A stretch of DNA of 64,000 nucleotides, taken from NCBI GenBank assembly GCA_964016885.1, contig OZ024745.1:131688001-131752000 (forward strand), in the 5' to 3' direction. This stretch comes from Eledone cirrhosa (Eukaryota). The notes below the pieces were generated by a model, which saw only the letters and a list, made by a program, of their open reading frames with translations, made no database searches and was not told where the DNA came from. The position numbers were made by a program, and so were the translations under genes. Shown here one piece after another: positions 1 to 11,291 of the stretch; within the stretch, counting starts at the first letter, position 1, and each line of letters starts with the position of its first letter.

Positions 1-212
1 CATTAAAAAACATTATACCTGATAAAAAAAAAAATATTAGTAAAAATCCCATATGTTATAAAATAAATAGGATCGGTTGGAGTCTCAATATGTAAACCAA
101 ATGACTAATTCTGGTTTTTAAAAAAAATTACCGATTTTCCAACACCCCCACTTACTCCAACACCTTCCACTTAGTCCAACAGCCCTACCATATTATTTGG
201 CACCCAAGTGTA
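1..212 (-). mobile_element. Non-autonomous DNA transposon (MITE), cut by the window start; same family as 23831-24174
   Basis: Reverse complement aligns by eye to about 23831-24090 (e.g. gtctcaatatgtaaac..aat.actaattct). Ends in TIR-like attatttggcacccaagtg followed by TA. Confidence 0.65.
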
Positions 213-1213
213 CCTACATCTCTGCAGCACTCATTTCGTTGTGGCTTTGAGAAAGATATTCTAACTCTATTTGTCATGTGTATGCCAGTTTTTAGAATAG
301 GCTCTACTACAAAAAACAACCAGTCACTGAATATAATTAGTTTGCTATGACTTTAAATGTATGGATGACCTTTACTGATGAGGAGTTTCTTCAGTGAAAA
401 CATTATGTAACAGAGTTAGTTGGGATTTAGACAAGAGAAGAAAGTTTTATGTATTATAATGTTCTGTAGCAGGGCTAACTGTACTGTTTGGTATATTAAT
501 TTGTCTACTTCATATGTAAATATACTTTAGTTGTTGAAGTGGCATCCGAAAGAGTAACTTGCCCTCCACCTCTGGGTCCCGACTGACAAGATGGAGATTA
601 CATTGCCCTGGAGGACGGCGAGGGAGATATGCTGAAACAGTCATTCCACCTTATGAGACTCGTGCCTGCAGGCAGCCATATGATTTAGACAAGAGAAGAA
701 ACTTTTGTGTATTATAATCCACCAAATCTCTCAGTAGACTTAAATGGATTGAGGCAATCAAACAAACCAATTTGAAAAAAAATCATAGACTAAAACACTG
801 CTACCCACCACTAGCACACACAAACAGTAGTGTTATGGAAAAAATATCTAAAATGATTAAATATAGTTAATTGTTGTTTAGTTTTATTTGTAAAACAAAG
901 AGATGTGGCATTAAAAATAAACTGATAAATGTATAGAGAGCTGGTTGTTATGAAAGACAAGAGTTGGTGATAGAGAAGTTAGTAAAGAAGATAACCAGAC
1001 AGAGGCTAAATATCAAACAGTGACGAAGATAAGATCTCTGGAAGTTGGTCATATGTAAGAAATTGGGTAAATTAATAATTTTCATAATGAAAATAAAATC
1101 TTATACATATATATATATGTGAAGTAATTCCGTCGGAAAGGTCCAGGAAAAAAGAGTGCTCTATGTAGGTTACAGAGCTTAATAGTTATGTAATAAACAA
1201 CATAAGGCAATTA

Positions 1214-1274
1214 TTTCATTTACCAGTGGTTTCTTAAAAGCAAACAAATTTTGCTTTCAATCATCAGAATGAAA
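1214..1274 (-). ncRNA. Type I hammerhead ribozyme motif (mirror copy in the other arm of the fold-back)
   Basis: Reverse complement of 1340-1400. Confidence 0.85.
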
Positions 1275-1339
1275 AAATCCTGGTGTATTTATTGATATTG
1301 GATTTTAAAAAACCAATGTCAATAAATACACCAGGATTT

Positions 1340-1400
1340 TTTCATTCTGATGATTGAAAGCAAAATTTGTTTGCTTTTAAGAAACCACTGGTAAATGAAA
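1340..1400 (+). ncRNA. Type I hammerhead ribozyme motif
   Basis: Stem I TTTCATT/AATGAAA; CTGATGA at 1347-1353; stem II TTGAAAGCAAA-ATTTG-TTTGCTTTTAA; GAAA at 1381-1384; stem III CCACTGG; TA with predicted cleavage after 1393. Confidence 0.85.
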
Positions 1401-1464
1401 TAATTGCCTTATGTTGTTTATTACATAACTATATATATATATATATTCCTTTGTTATATTTCGA

Positions 1465-1522
1465 ATACCTGATGATGCCACCGGATTCATACGGAACCCG
1501 AGCATTGAAATGATCATAGTAT
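1465..1522 (+). ncRNA. Type I hammerhead ribozyme motif, unrelated family
   Basis: ATAC-CTGATGA-TGC..CCGGATTC-ATAC-GGAACCCG..GCA-TT-GAAA-TGATCA (palindrome)-TA-GTAT. Stem I is only 4 bp. The element lies between (TA)n tracts at about 1431 and 1712. Confidence 0.65.
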
Positions 1523-1709
1523 AATAAACCTTTTAAGGAATTACACCAGACCAGCCATTATTATTTTATAATAATTAACTCCGTACTCGCACCACCAACT
1601 ACACAAACGAAGACGGGTGAGTTGCATTACGTTGAGTACTCTCCATAATATTACATCGAGGTTGACCATACGGAATGACCAGTTCTACCAAGTGGTGAAC
1701 CAACAAACC

Positions 1710-1746
<37 letters not shown>

Positions 1747-1749
<3 letters not shown>

Positions 1750-2030
1750 GATTGCAGCATCTTCACAGTGAAGGGCAGATTATATGATGCTAGTATTTGA
1801 ACTGCTATGCTGCATAGCATCAAGACGTGGGCCTTGAGTGCAGAAACTGCTAGAAACAAATGAAGCATGCATGATACACTGGATGTGCAATGTTAGTGTA
1901 TGTAAATGATGGGACACAAGTGAGCCAATTGCACTGAGCATGTGATGCATATAGAGAGCAAGAGTTGTATAAAAAAAGTGATAACTGCTTTAATTGAATA
2001 GAAGCTGTAGAAGAAGGAGACCTAATAGAT
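1747..2030 (+). mobile_element. Decayed RTE LINE fragment (C-terminal RT region)
   Basis: Reads VKGRLYDA..TAMLH...TWAL, matching the RTE at 13121-14413; begins directly after (TA)n. Confidence 0.75.
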
Positions 2031-2619
2031 ATTGGGGATTACATTGTTTCATCTCAGCTCCCATTCAACAGACCTACAAGAAGGCTCTAGCCATGACCAT
2101 CTCACCCTTTTCTCAGACAACTTGTATATAAGACTACATCCAATGTGTCATTCACTTTTTATGTAGTGTGTGATTTAAAGGAAATTTTTCTGCTATTTCT
2201 AGGAGGCCATCTTTGATGCCAGAAAACATGGTAGTTAATTATATCTCCAGTACTTAGTTAGTAATTATGTTATTGACCCAGGAAGGACAAAGAGCAAAGC
2301 TGATCTCCTAAATATTGAGGCCTTCTTATTGGTCTCTGTGTTGTTTCCCTTTTTAAAGACAGTTGGACATGCTTTGAAGGAGATTTGGCTGTTATTTCTA
2401 GTAGGTCAAACAACCAGATAGAGGTACTCTCATTGGCATGAGTAAATATATTTGTTTCAAAAGGTGGTTAATGACAGAAATGGCAGTAGATGTCATACAG
2501 TAGGTATAGGTTTTTACATTCTAAGTTGGAAATAATCTATACTAGAGATAAGGGGTGGTGGGGTGTTGATTCAATTTCCTAGACCCCCAACTCCATACAA
2601 TTCTGTGGTCAAGTGTGAA

Positions 2620-2843
2620 ATAGTTTTATGGGGTTTTTTCCCAAGAGTGACACTCGAAAGTCTCCTCCCTATTGAAGAACCTCCTTTAATTTTATTATCT
2701 TCCCTTTTTTTAATATTGTTGAAATTTGTTCATAGGCACCCCCCTCCCCCCACATACACACACTCAATGTTTTTGTCCTGTACTGTCATAATGTTTTCCT
2801 TGATGTAAACCCTTTGTGGTTAATAAAGAAATTGTTATTATTA
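2620..2843 (+). mobile_element. L1/Tx1-like LINE 3' UTR remnant
   Basis: Ends aaaccctttgtggttaataaagaa-(tta)n, the same terminus as the minus-strand copy at 19305-19648. Confidence 0.55.
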
Positions 2844-2969
2844 TCCCCACCCCCACCCTAGTGTCTAAATCAGAAAACAATTTTTATCATTATTAATATT
2901 TCTATCAATGTTTATGTTGAAAAATGTGGCAAAACATGGTCGCCTGGTTTATGAAACATTTTTCATTTG

Positions 2970-3300
2970 CCACATACATACACACACACATGCATACACA
3001 TACATACATGCACACACACATGCATACACATACTCACACATGCACACATACACACACACATGCATATACACATACACACACACATACACACACATACACA
3101 CACATACATGCACACACATGCATACACACACACACACACATACATGCACACACATATGCATACACACACACACACACGCACACACACATGCATACACATA
3201 CACACACGTGTGTACACATACATACACACATACAAGCGTACACATGCATACACATACATACATGCGCACACACATGCATACACATACATACACACATACA
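2970..3300. repeat. Compound (CA)n/(CATA)n microsatellite
   Basis: Direct reading; it explains the His/Thr and Val/Cys ORFs. Confidence 0.95.
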
Positions 3301-3550
3301 GAGAAAGAGAAAAAAAATTCGAAATTGTCGGCTAGAGAATAATTTGTTATTGTTCAGATATATCATCGAGTTCATAATAATATCACTAATAATAATAATA
3401 ATAATGATAATAAAATAAATAAAAAAAACATAGTCACAATAAATTCTTGTTTTCATATTCTGTAAATGTCGAGCAAACAAAAGAACAATTAAAATTTGTT
3501 ATAGTTGCTTATGTCTTTCAAAAAATTCAACATACATGAGTGTGTATGAA

Positions 3551-4613
3551 ACATATACACCAGGTCTGAACACAGAGGAACCAAACTCCCACTGTCACTG
3601 CTTCCGTCTCTCCTGCTCTCCCTATCTCACATATACACCAGGTCCGAACACAGAGGAACCAAACTCCCACTGTCACTGCTTCCGTCTCTCCTGCTCTCCC
3701 TATCTCACATATACACCAGGTCCGAACACAGAGGAACCAAACTCCCACTGTCACTGCTTCTATCTCTCCTGCTCTCCCTATCTCACATATACACCAGGTC
3801 CGAACACAGAGGAACCAAACTCCCACTGTCACTGCTTCTATCTCTCCTGCTCTCCCTATCTCACATATACACCAGGTCCGAAAACAGAGGAACCAAACTC
3901 CCACTGTGACTGCTTCTATCTCTCCTGCTCTCCCTATCTCACATATACACCAGGTCCGAACACAAAGGAACCAAACTCCCACTGTCACTGCTTCTATCTC
4001 TCCTGCTCTCCCTATCTCACATATACACCAGGTCCGAACACAGAGGAACCAAACTCCCACTGTCACTGCTTCTATCTCTCCTGCTCTCCCTATCTCACAT
4101 ATACACCAGGTCTGAACACAAAGGAACCAAACTCCCACTGTCACTGCTTCTATCTCTCCTGCTCTCCCTATCTCACATATACACCAGGTCCGAACACAAA
4201 GGAACCAAACTCCCACTGTCACTGCTTCTATCTCTCCTGCTCTCCCTATCTCACATATACACCAGGTCCAAACACAGAGGAACCAAACTCCCACTGTCAC
4301 TGCTTCTATCTCTCCTGCTCTCCCTATCTCACATATACACCAGGTCCGAACACAGAGGAACCAAACTCCCACTGTGACTGCTTCTATCTCTCCTGCTCTC
4401 CCTATCTCACATATACACCAGGTCCGAACACAGAGGAACCAAACTCCCACTGTGACTGCTTCTATCTCTCCTGCTCTCCCTATCTCACATATACACCAGG
4501 TCTGAACACAAAGGAACCAAACTCCCACTGTCACTGCTTCTATCTCTCCTGCTCTCCCTATCTCACATATACACCAGGTCTGAACACAGAGGAACCAAAC
4601 TCCCACTGTCACT
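3551..4613. repeat. 78-bp minisatellite, about 13.6 near-identical copies
   Basis: Unit acatatacaccaggtccgaacacagaggaaccaaactcccactgtcactgcttctatctctcctgctctccctatctc; period 3551 to 3629. A diverged copy follows at about 4655-4718. Confidence 0.97.
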
Positions 4614-5356
4614 GGACACAATATTAATATTATTAATATTAATATTATTGTCACCGAACACAAAGGAACCTATCTCCCACTGTCACTGCCTCTGTCTCTC
4701 CTGCTCTCCCCATCTCTCGCAATTGTGAGCAAATGGGGTCCCATGCATTGGCTGCTCCACGGTCCCGGCAGACAGAATGGAGAAGGTGTCACCCTAGTGG
4801 TGAGGAAGATGCACTGGAAGTGCCATTCCAGCTATAGTAGGTTTGCTTATTTCTTGTGGCATTTAACACTCACTACCTATTGTCTCCCTTCGTCTCCCAG
4901 CCCAGCCCCATAAAATAAAAATGGGCAAAGGGTTTTTATATCCTATCAGCTTTCGAGCATTTATGGAATCCTAGAAGAAATGAACAGCTAATATACCAGG
5001 AATCTCCTATAAGCAACTCCCAAAACCTAGTCTTCAGGAAGGAAACAAGGATCCAAATTTGTTTCTTTAGAGTTAAGAGCCAACATTTACAGTATTTCCC
5101 ATCGAGGATGCACCTCAATTTTGAAAACCAAAAATTTGAAAAGTAATAATAAACAAAAATAAGTCTTGTTATTAATATTTTCTGGTAAATGGTAAACCCT
5201 TCTAACATACCACAGTTTTACTCTTCTGTCACTTAATAATGTTCCCTTAAAATCAGGTTGTTTAAAGAGAGTAAAAATGCTAACAATATTGATAAACAAC
5301 AGGTAAAAATATCACTCGACAGATGTTCGTTTGGTTGTGGTCATTTAAGATATATA

Positions 5357-5389
<33 letters not shown>

Positions 5390-5563
5390 CATCATCTTCA
5401 TCATCATCTTCGTTTAACGTCCATTTTCCATGCTAGCATGGGTTAGACGGGAGTTGTCCCACTTGAGGCAAGGTTGGTCGGGTGACCGTGTCTCGCTCAT
5501 ATAGGACTATCTGGCAGGTTTTCTATGGCTGGATGCCCTTCCTAACACCAACCACATTTACAG

Positions 5564-5595
<32 letters not shown>

Positions 5596-5742
5596 TATAT
5601 TTATATATATGATTAAGTAAATCCCTGGTGTTGTAGTTGTACGAGGGTGATAGTATTTTGGTATCCTCATCATTCCCTTAAACTCAGGTTTTCTGAAGAG
5701 ACTTAAAATACAATATTGATACACAACATATGTCACACTTAC

Positions 5743-5785
5743 CTCATCTACCAGACTGCCCAGACAGGAATGGAGTTTTATGATT
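5743..5785 (-). CDS. Candidate internal exon (43 nt, phase 2 to 0), (K)IIKLHSCLGSLVDE
   Basis: tacag acceptor and strong GAG|gtaagt donor. Only one frame is open, and it is phase-compatible with 7818-7906. Confidence 0.35.
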
Positions 5786-5849
5786 CTGTATATATTTTTC
5801 ATTTAAACATTTTTTTTATTATACTTCTGTTTATTTACAAATTTAACTA

Positions 5850-6114
5850 CTCTCAGGTCTAGAATATCCCCCCCCCCCCCGCCCCGCCCCATCCCGCTTA
5901 TTAAATTTTGCTAATCTATTTCCTGTGAAATGTTACTGTAAGTGATTCATATCAATACAGCAGCTGGAGAATCTAATAATAATTTTACTTTACATTAAAA
6001 AAACATATCTGACAAAAAAAGACCATTACACTATATAATTACAGATCCCTTCCCCACCCCGCTTATGAGAATTTAAGCAAATGTCCTCCCCTCCCATTAT
6101 TTGGGACCCGAGAG
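5850..6114 (-). mobile_element. MITE with TA target-site duplication (Tc1/mariner-type ends)
   Basis: ta|ctctcaggtctagaata...attatttgggacccgagag|ta; internal similarity to 23831-24174. Confidence 0.65.
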
Positions 6115-6451
6115 TAAGTATAATCTATACACTTCATTGAGAGGTCATATACAAGAGTTGAGATTAAGGTCAGGCATAGATAGATAATTTTCCTTTGGGT
6201 TTAGGATATGCCTAGGAGAACTACAACCTTTGGGCTCCAAGATGCATGGGAGATTTTTGAGACTTATTTTTAGAAAAAAAATATCATCTTTGATGCCAGA
6301 AAATATGGTACTTAATTAAATCTCCAGTACTTAGTAATTATGTTATTGACCCAGGAAGGACAAAGAGCAAAGCTGATATCCAGGTGGATTTGAACTCAGA
6401 ATATAAAGGGACATTACTAAAGCTTTTTTTTTATATTTCTTATTCAACATG

Positions 6452-6670
6452 CTACCATCCTCTACCATCCACTACCATCCTCTACCATCCACTACCAATT
6501 CTACCATCCGCTACCAATTCTACCATCCTCTAACAATTCAACCATCCTCTACCAATTCTACCATCCACTACCAATTCTACCACCCACTACCAATTCTACC
6601 ATCCACTACCAATTCTACCACCCACTACCAATTCTACCATCCTCTACCAGTACTGCCAATCCACCGCCCT
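6452..6670. repeat. 10/20-bp minisatellite (ctaccaattctaccatcca-like) at the head of a minus-strand SINE
   Basis: Follows a SINE body (about 6320-6420) and runs into ctaccagtactgccaatccaccgccc, the reverse-complemented SINE 5' end. Confidence 0.8.
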
Positions 6671-7231
6671 ACTAATGATAATAATAATCTTTTCCAACAT
6701 AGGCACAAGGCCAGAAATTTGTTTTTCTTGGGAGAGTAGAGGAAAGGGAGTGAGTAGTGAATTAGATGAAGTTCAGTGGAACTTTTATCAATTTTGGTAG
6801 GCTGGAAAGCAAAGTTGTTATTTGTATCATTATTGCATTTCTAATGAAATACACTCTATTTTAATTAATTCAAGAAGAATTTTGAGGGATTTACTAAAAA
6901 TATTAATTATTTCATTACTAAGATAGTAACTTAATGTAAGGTTCTTATATAAATTTTTGTTGGAAGATTCTAATTTAAATTAGAAACCTTTAAAATGGGT
7001 GGTTTTGTTTCATAGAACCAGAGCTGGTTTTGGACGGTTTGGTAACTAAAGGGTTAAACAAACAGACCTTGAATCACAAAATTGCTCTTGTACAAAATAC
7101 TACCCTGTTGGGCACTACAGATATACTCAAGAAAGTACTTAAGTTTCGTGTTGAGATTCAACAGGTAGTTGAAGATCCATTAATTATCATATTTACTGCG
7201 CAAACAATGAATATTAATATTATTGACAGTA

Positions 7232-7722
7232 ATAGAACTATTTACAATATATCGGTCCTCTCTGTTCTCCTCTGTGGAGCAGAAATGTGGCCCCTAATGA
7301 CCCTTGCAAAGAGGATTGACAAGTTCGATAGCAGAGCCCTGAGGACCATCAAAAACATCAGATGGTACCACCACATTTCCAACAAGTTGCATGCATGCAT
7401 CAGCCCACAGCTTTCTGCCTCATAGCTATCCATCACATGCGCTGTTACGGACATATCCTCCATCTTCCACCAGATTATCCTACTAGAGCCTTACTCTCAT
7501 TCAACGCAGCGGCTGGAAGAGGCCTCATGGCAGGACCCATACCAGATGGTTGGATGTCATCAGGGAAGATCTCCGAAGGCTCAACATTACCTTGGAGGAT
7601 GCAGAAGAGCTGGGGAGGGACCACCAGTGATGGGGGATGCTGGTGGACCTGGTCTGCTCTACACACGATACTTTTGAGATCGCTGGCTTAGGATGACCCC
7701 AGCCTCGTCAAAGAAGAAGAAG
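7232..7722 (+). mobile_element. RTE LINE 3' fragment ending in (AAG)n
   Basis: Frameshifted IYNISVLSVLLCGAEMW..DSRALRTI..IRW and YGHIL, followed by a tail repeat. Confidence 0.8.
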
Positions 7723-7817
7723 TAATAATGATGCTGAGTCGTTTTGCCAACTTCATAGTGGAGTTCACTTCACAAGTTCTTCTATCTTACAATAAATTAC
7801 TATCCATGTCCACATAC

Positions 7818-7906
7818 TTTAATATTAAATAATCTGATAATTGTTTGCTCTCCTTACTGTTTAGTGTTGTCTTAACTCTTAATATCTCCTCTCCTGCTTC
7901 TCTCAT
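7818..7906 (-). CDS. Candidate internal exon (89 nt, phase 0 to 2), MREAGEEILRVKTTLNSKESKQLSDYLIL(K)
   Basis: ttttag acceptor, AA|gtatgt donor and an open frame; joins in frame to 5743-5785. Confidence 0.35.
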
Positions 7907-8152
7907 CTAAAACTGTGTGCTTTAAAGTGTTTATATTTATCTAAAAACCTATTATAATTTCATGTAAGATCCTTTGTAAAGCTATGTTCCAAACACCAGC
8001 TTAATGTGAAAGTTATTAAATTCATCTGAATTCTTGGTTATTTTCTATATTTATTAAAAATCAAAGGTAGAGTCTTTCATTAGAAATATATTGATTAAAA
8101 GGTTAATCATGGGATAATCTGTGAAGTTGACTGGAACTATTTAAGTTGGATA

Positions 8153-8481
8153 AGCATGGCCAGAAACCTGGACATACAAATTACAAGATGTCCAGCATGG
8201 CCAGAAACTTGGACATACAGATTGCAAGATGTCCAGCATGGCCAGAAACCTGGACATACAAATTACAAGATGTCCAGCATGGCCAGAAACCTGGACATAG
8301 ATTGCAAGATGTCTTGCATGGCCAGAAACCTGGACATACAGATCACATTATGTCCAGCATGGCCAGAAACCTGGAAATACAGATTGCAAGATGTCCAGCA
8401 ACGCCAGAAACCTGGACATACAGATGACATGACATCCAGCATGGCCAGAAACCTGGACATACAGATCACATGATGTCCAGC
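8153..8481. repeat. 41-bp minisatellite, about 8 copies
   Basis: Unit agcatggccagaaacctggacatacagattgcaagatgtcc; period 8153 to 8194. Confidence 0.95.
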
Positions 8482-9983
8482 TGGTTTAGGTAAAATGCCC
8501 TCATTCAATCTGTATTTAATTCACTGCCATCTTATATTTTACTGAGACTGTAATACTTTCAACAGATTTAACATTTTCAAAAGGTGTTCGTTGTTTTTAT
8601 TTTTTATCAAATCAATAAGGAATGTGATGAGGGAAATTTAACTGCTACATTTACTAAGTCAAACAAATATGTAATAATCTCCTCTGGTTTTTATCACTAG
8701 ACAATATAGATGCGGCTGTTTGTTTTGTACTTTTTTTTCTACAGTTCCCAAGTTTATAGACTTTCAAAAGTCTTGCTCTTTGAATAGGGCAATGTTACTG
8801 AAGCTTTGATCAATCCTCCATATGGTAAATTTTATTGATTTTTCACATACTTCAATTGAAATGACAAATGAAGCCAGAGTTCAAGCTATGTTAAAAAAAC
8901 AAAACAAAGCAAAAAGAAAACCTACATGGTTTACTGCTGCAGCTACAACAACAACTATGAAAATAGTGACAACATCAACAACTACAATGACTTTTGTGGT
9001 AGAAAGTGTACTGCTTTTAAATACAGCCTACATACTGCTATCGACCATTCTAACAGTGAAGTTACAGCACTGTTGGTGGCAGTTCTAGTTGGAGTAATGC
9101 CATATGGACAAGACCACCTAATTCTTGTATCACTATCATTATTATATAGATTTTATAACAATGATCGAGATTTGCTATAGAAATCAATTGTGTGATGTTC
9201 CAATGTTAATGTTTGTCAGTATTTTGCAGTAGTTAAGTCCTTAACTGTAAATACACATGATTAAATAAATAATGATTTCGTTTGATTTGAATACAACAAG
9301 GTCAATTCTGACTCCCGCTAGTTATTTCTTTGTCCATGAATGAGATGAAAGTAAAAGTTAAGCTTGGTGGGATAAAATTGAGAAAACAGAGTGAGACATA
9401 AAGTTATATTACTGGAAAACATTTAACCCATTGCTTCACTGTTGTATTAACTGTCCACCTTATTCCCACTTCTGTTGCTACTAGTGCCATTGAATCTTAA
9501 ACCATTGGGCTATAACAGAAGCACAAATGAACTCTTCATATGGATGCATGAAGCAATGAGGGGCATCTCTATGTGGCTGTTTAACATACAACAAATAGCA
9601 GCCAAATTCTCTCAAATCCTATCCTACTATCATAAAAAAGGAAGAACATATTCAACGATGTAATCAGATATACAAAAAGACATGAACATACACTTGTTTA
9701 ATCAGAGCTGATCTTGGACTATGTAACAATATCCAGTTGAAAAATAAATATTTCATCCATTGACATAAAGCTGTGTTAAGTTGTGAAATACATAGCTCAG
9801 CCTCAGAGGAAATACATCTTCATTGAAAACAAAAAAAAATCAAAAAATGAAACCATCATGAATATAGTTTAAAAGAAACGGATGGCTGATTCTAAGTTAT
9901 TTTCCCCAGTGAATCAGCAATGAAGTGGATTTTAGACATTGGAATTATTTGGCCAAACTTGCTATCTTCAATCTGCTATTCGT

Positions 9984-10410
9984 TACCTATGGTCATGAAT
10001 CTTGAGTAATGACCGAAAGAATACGATCGTGAATAGGGTTCCTCCAAAGTGTCTTTGGAGTAACGTTACTTAACAGAGTGCATAGTTCAGAGATCAGAGA
10101 GTCACTCCAGGTAGAGTCGCTACTTCTCCAAATTGCGAGATCACAGCTCTGATACTATGGACATGTAGTTAGAATTGCTGGTCAGATTTTATGGGCAGGA
10201 GACCCAGGAGTAGACCCCAAGCAAGATGGCTGGATAACATCCATGAGCTTGGCTGGTCACGCTTGGAGATCCAGCCGCATCAGTTGGAGACAGTTGCTTT
10301 TGACAGGACCCGCTGGAAGGAGTGTTTCAGGACTTTACTCCCACAAGCCTCTCAGAAAGGAGGAGGAGGAGGAGAATGAGGAGGCAGAGAAGGAGAATAA
10401 GGAGGAGGAG
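9984..10410 (+). mobile_element. RTE LINE 3' fragment; same family at about 30392-30596 (+), 55940-56150 (-), 57292-57670 (-) and 58298-58710 (-)
   Basis: SEIRESLQVE.LLLQI.RSQL.YYGHV..GRRPRSRPQARWLD motifs typical of the RTE ORF2 end. Confidence 0.8.
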
Positions 10411-10613
10411 GAATTTTCTGTGTCTAATAGACAACTTAGAAATATTGTCAAAGGTTGCCTAAGAGTGTGACATTAATTATGCAGTGACCAGTCAGCATCA
10501 GAGAAATGATAGAAGAGAATTTATCATTTCAGACATTGAACAAATGTTATGATGTCTGAAACCTTACAGAATAACAAACAGAATTACAAAAAGAAGCCAA
10601 ATATTCTGTTTAC

Positions 10614-10697
10614 CAAAGTCAATTTTACTAAAATCTAATTCTTCAGCATTAAATCCATTCCACACAGAAAATTGATTTTGATTTGAAAAGTTGTAGT
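10614..10697 (-). CDS. Candidate exon (84 nt, phase 1 to 1), YNFSNQNQFSVWNGFNAEELDFSKIDF
   Basis: atttcag acceptor, G|gtaaac donor and an open frame; no homology recognised. Confidence 0.25.
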
Positions 10698-11155
10698 CTG
10701 AAATAATTTGATTGTGAACAATTATAAAACTATACAAGTCAATTGGCATTTTTACTTCAGAATATTTGAGTTACTCAAAGGAGAAAAGGTAATGCCCATG
10801 GCCAGTAAAAGGGTGAGATTAGTGCGGTTGATGTTCAGTTGGATAAGAACTAGAATCAAAGACATTCCATCCATGACCATCCTCCATTTTTCTCTGTTTT
10901 TTTTGTATAACCATGACTACATTATCTGTTGTATCATTTTTAATGATGGTAGGGTTTGATTTGTGTCAGATTTGTGTATTATCTCTTGCAAGTTGAACAA
11001 TGACATGAAAGCTCTCATGGGTTTATACAGTGGGCTGGTCTCCTGGGGAGGTTCTAGACCAACAGTGACCTGCAGTATGTCAGCTTGCCACCAAGACAGC
11101 AGCCACATCTTCTGACTATTCTGCGAAGGGTTAACAACCAACCCAGTAGAACCAT

Positions 11156-11291
11156 CACCCTGTTACTAAACCAACCTCTACATCACTCTGTGGAGGGCTA
11201 ACAACCCACCCTGTTACTAAACCAACCTCTACATCACTCTGTGGAGGGCTAACAACCCACCCTGTTACTAAACCAACCTCTACATCACTCT
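11156..11291. repeat. 51-bp tandem repeat, about 2.7 copies
   Basis: caccctgttactaaaccaacctctacatcactct occurs three times. Confidence 0.9.

Larger units (their letters stand above)
1182..1432. repeat. Near-perfect fold-back inverted repeat (about 120-bp arms, centre near 1307), Penelope-like element end
   Basis: atagttatgtaataaacaacataaggc...attgatattgg is the reverse complement of ccaatgtcaat...gccttatgttgtttattacataactat with 1-2 mismatches. Abuts a (TA)n tract. Confidence 0.95.

Noticed and set aside
375-412. CTGATGA..GAAA at 375
   Set aside because: No TH triplet in register and no stem I; it folds better as a simple hairpin.
2908-4663. Long His/Thr, Val/Cys and 363-378 aa repeat ORFs
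   Set aside because: They are translations of stop-free micro- and minisatellites, open on both strands, with no domain or splice support.
8744-8824. Plus-strand segment with good acceptor and donor
   Set aside because: All three frames contain stops; a non-coding exon cannot be excluded.
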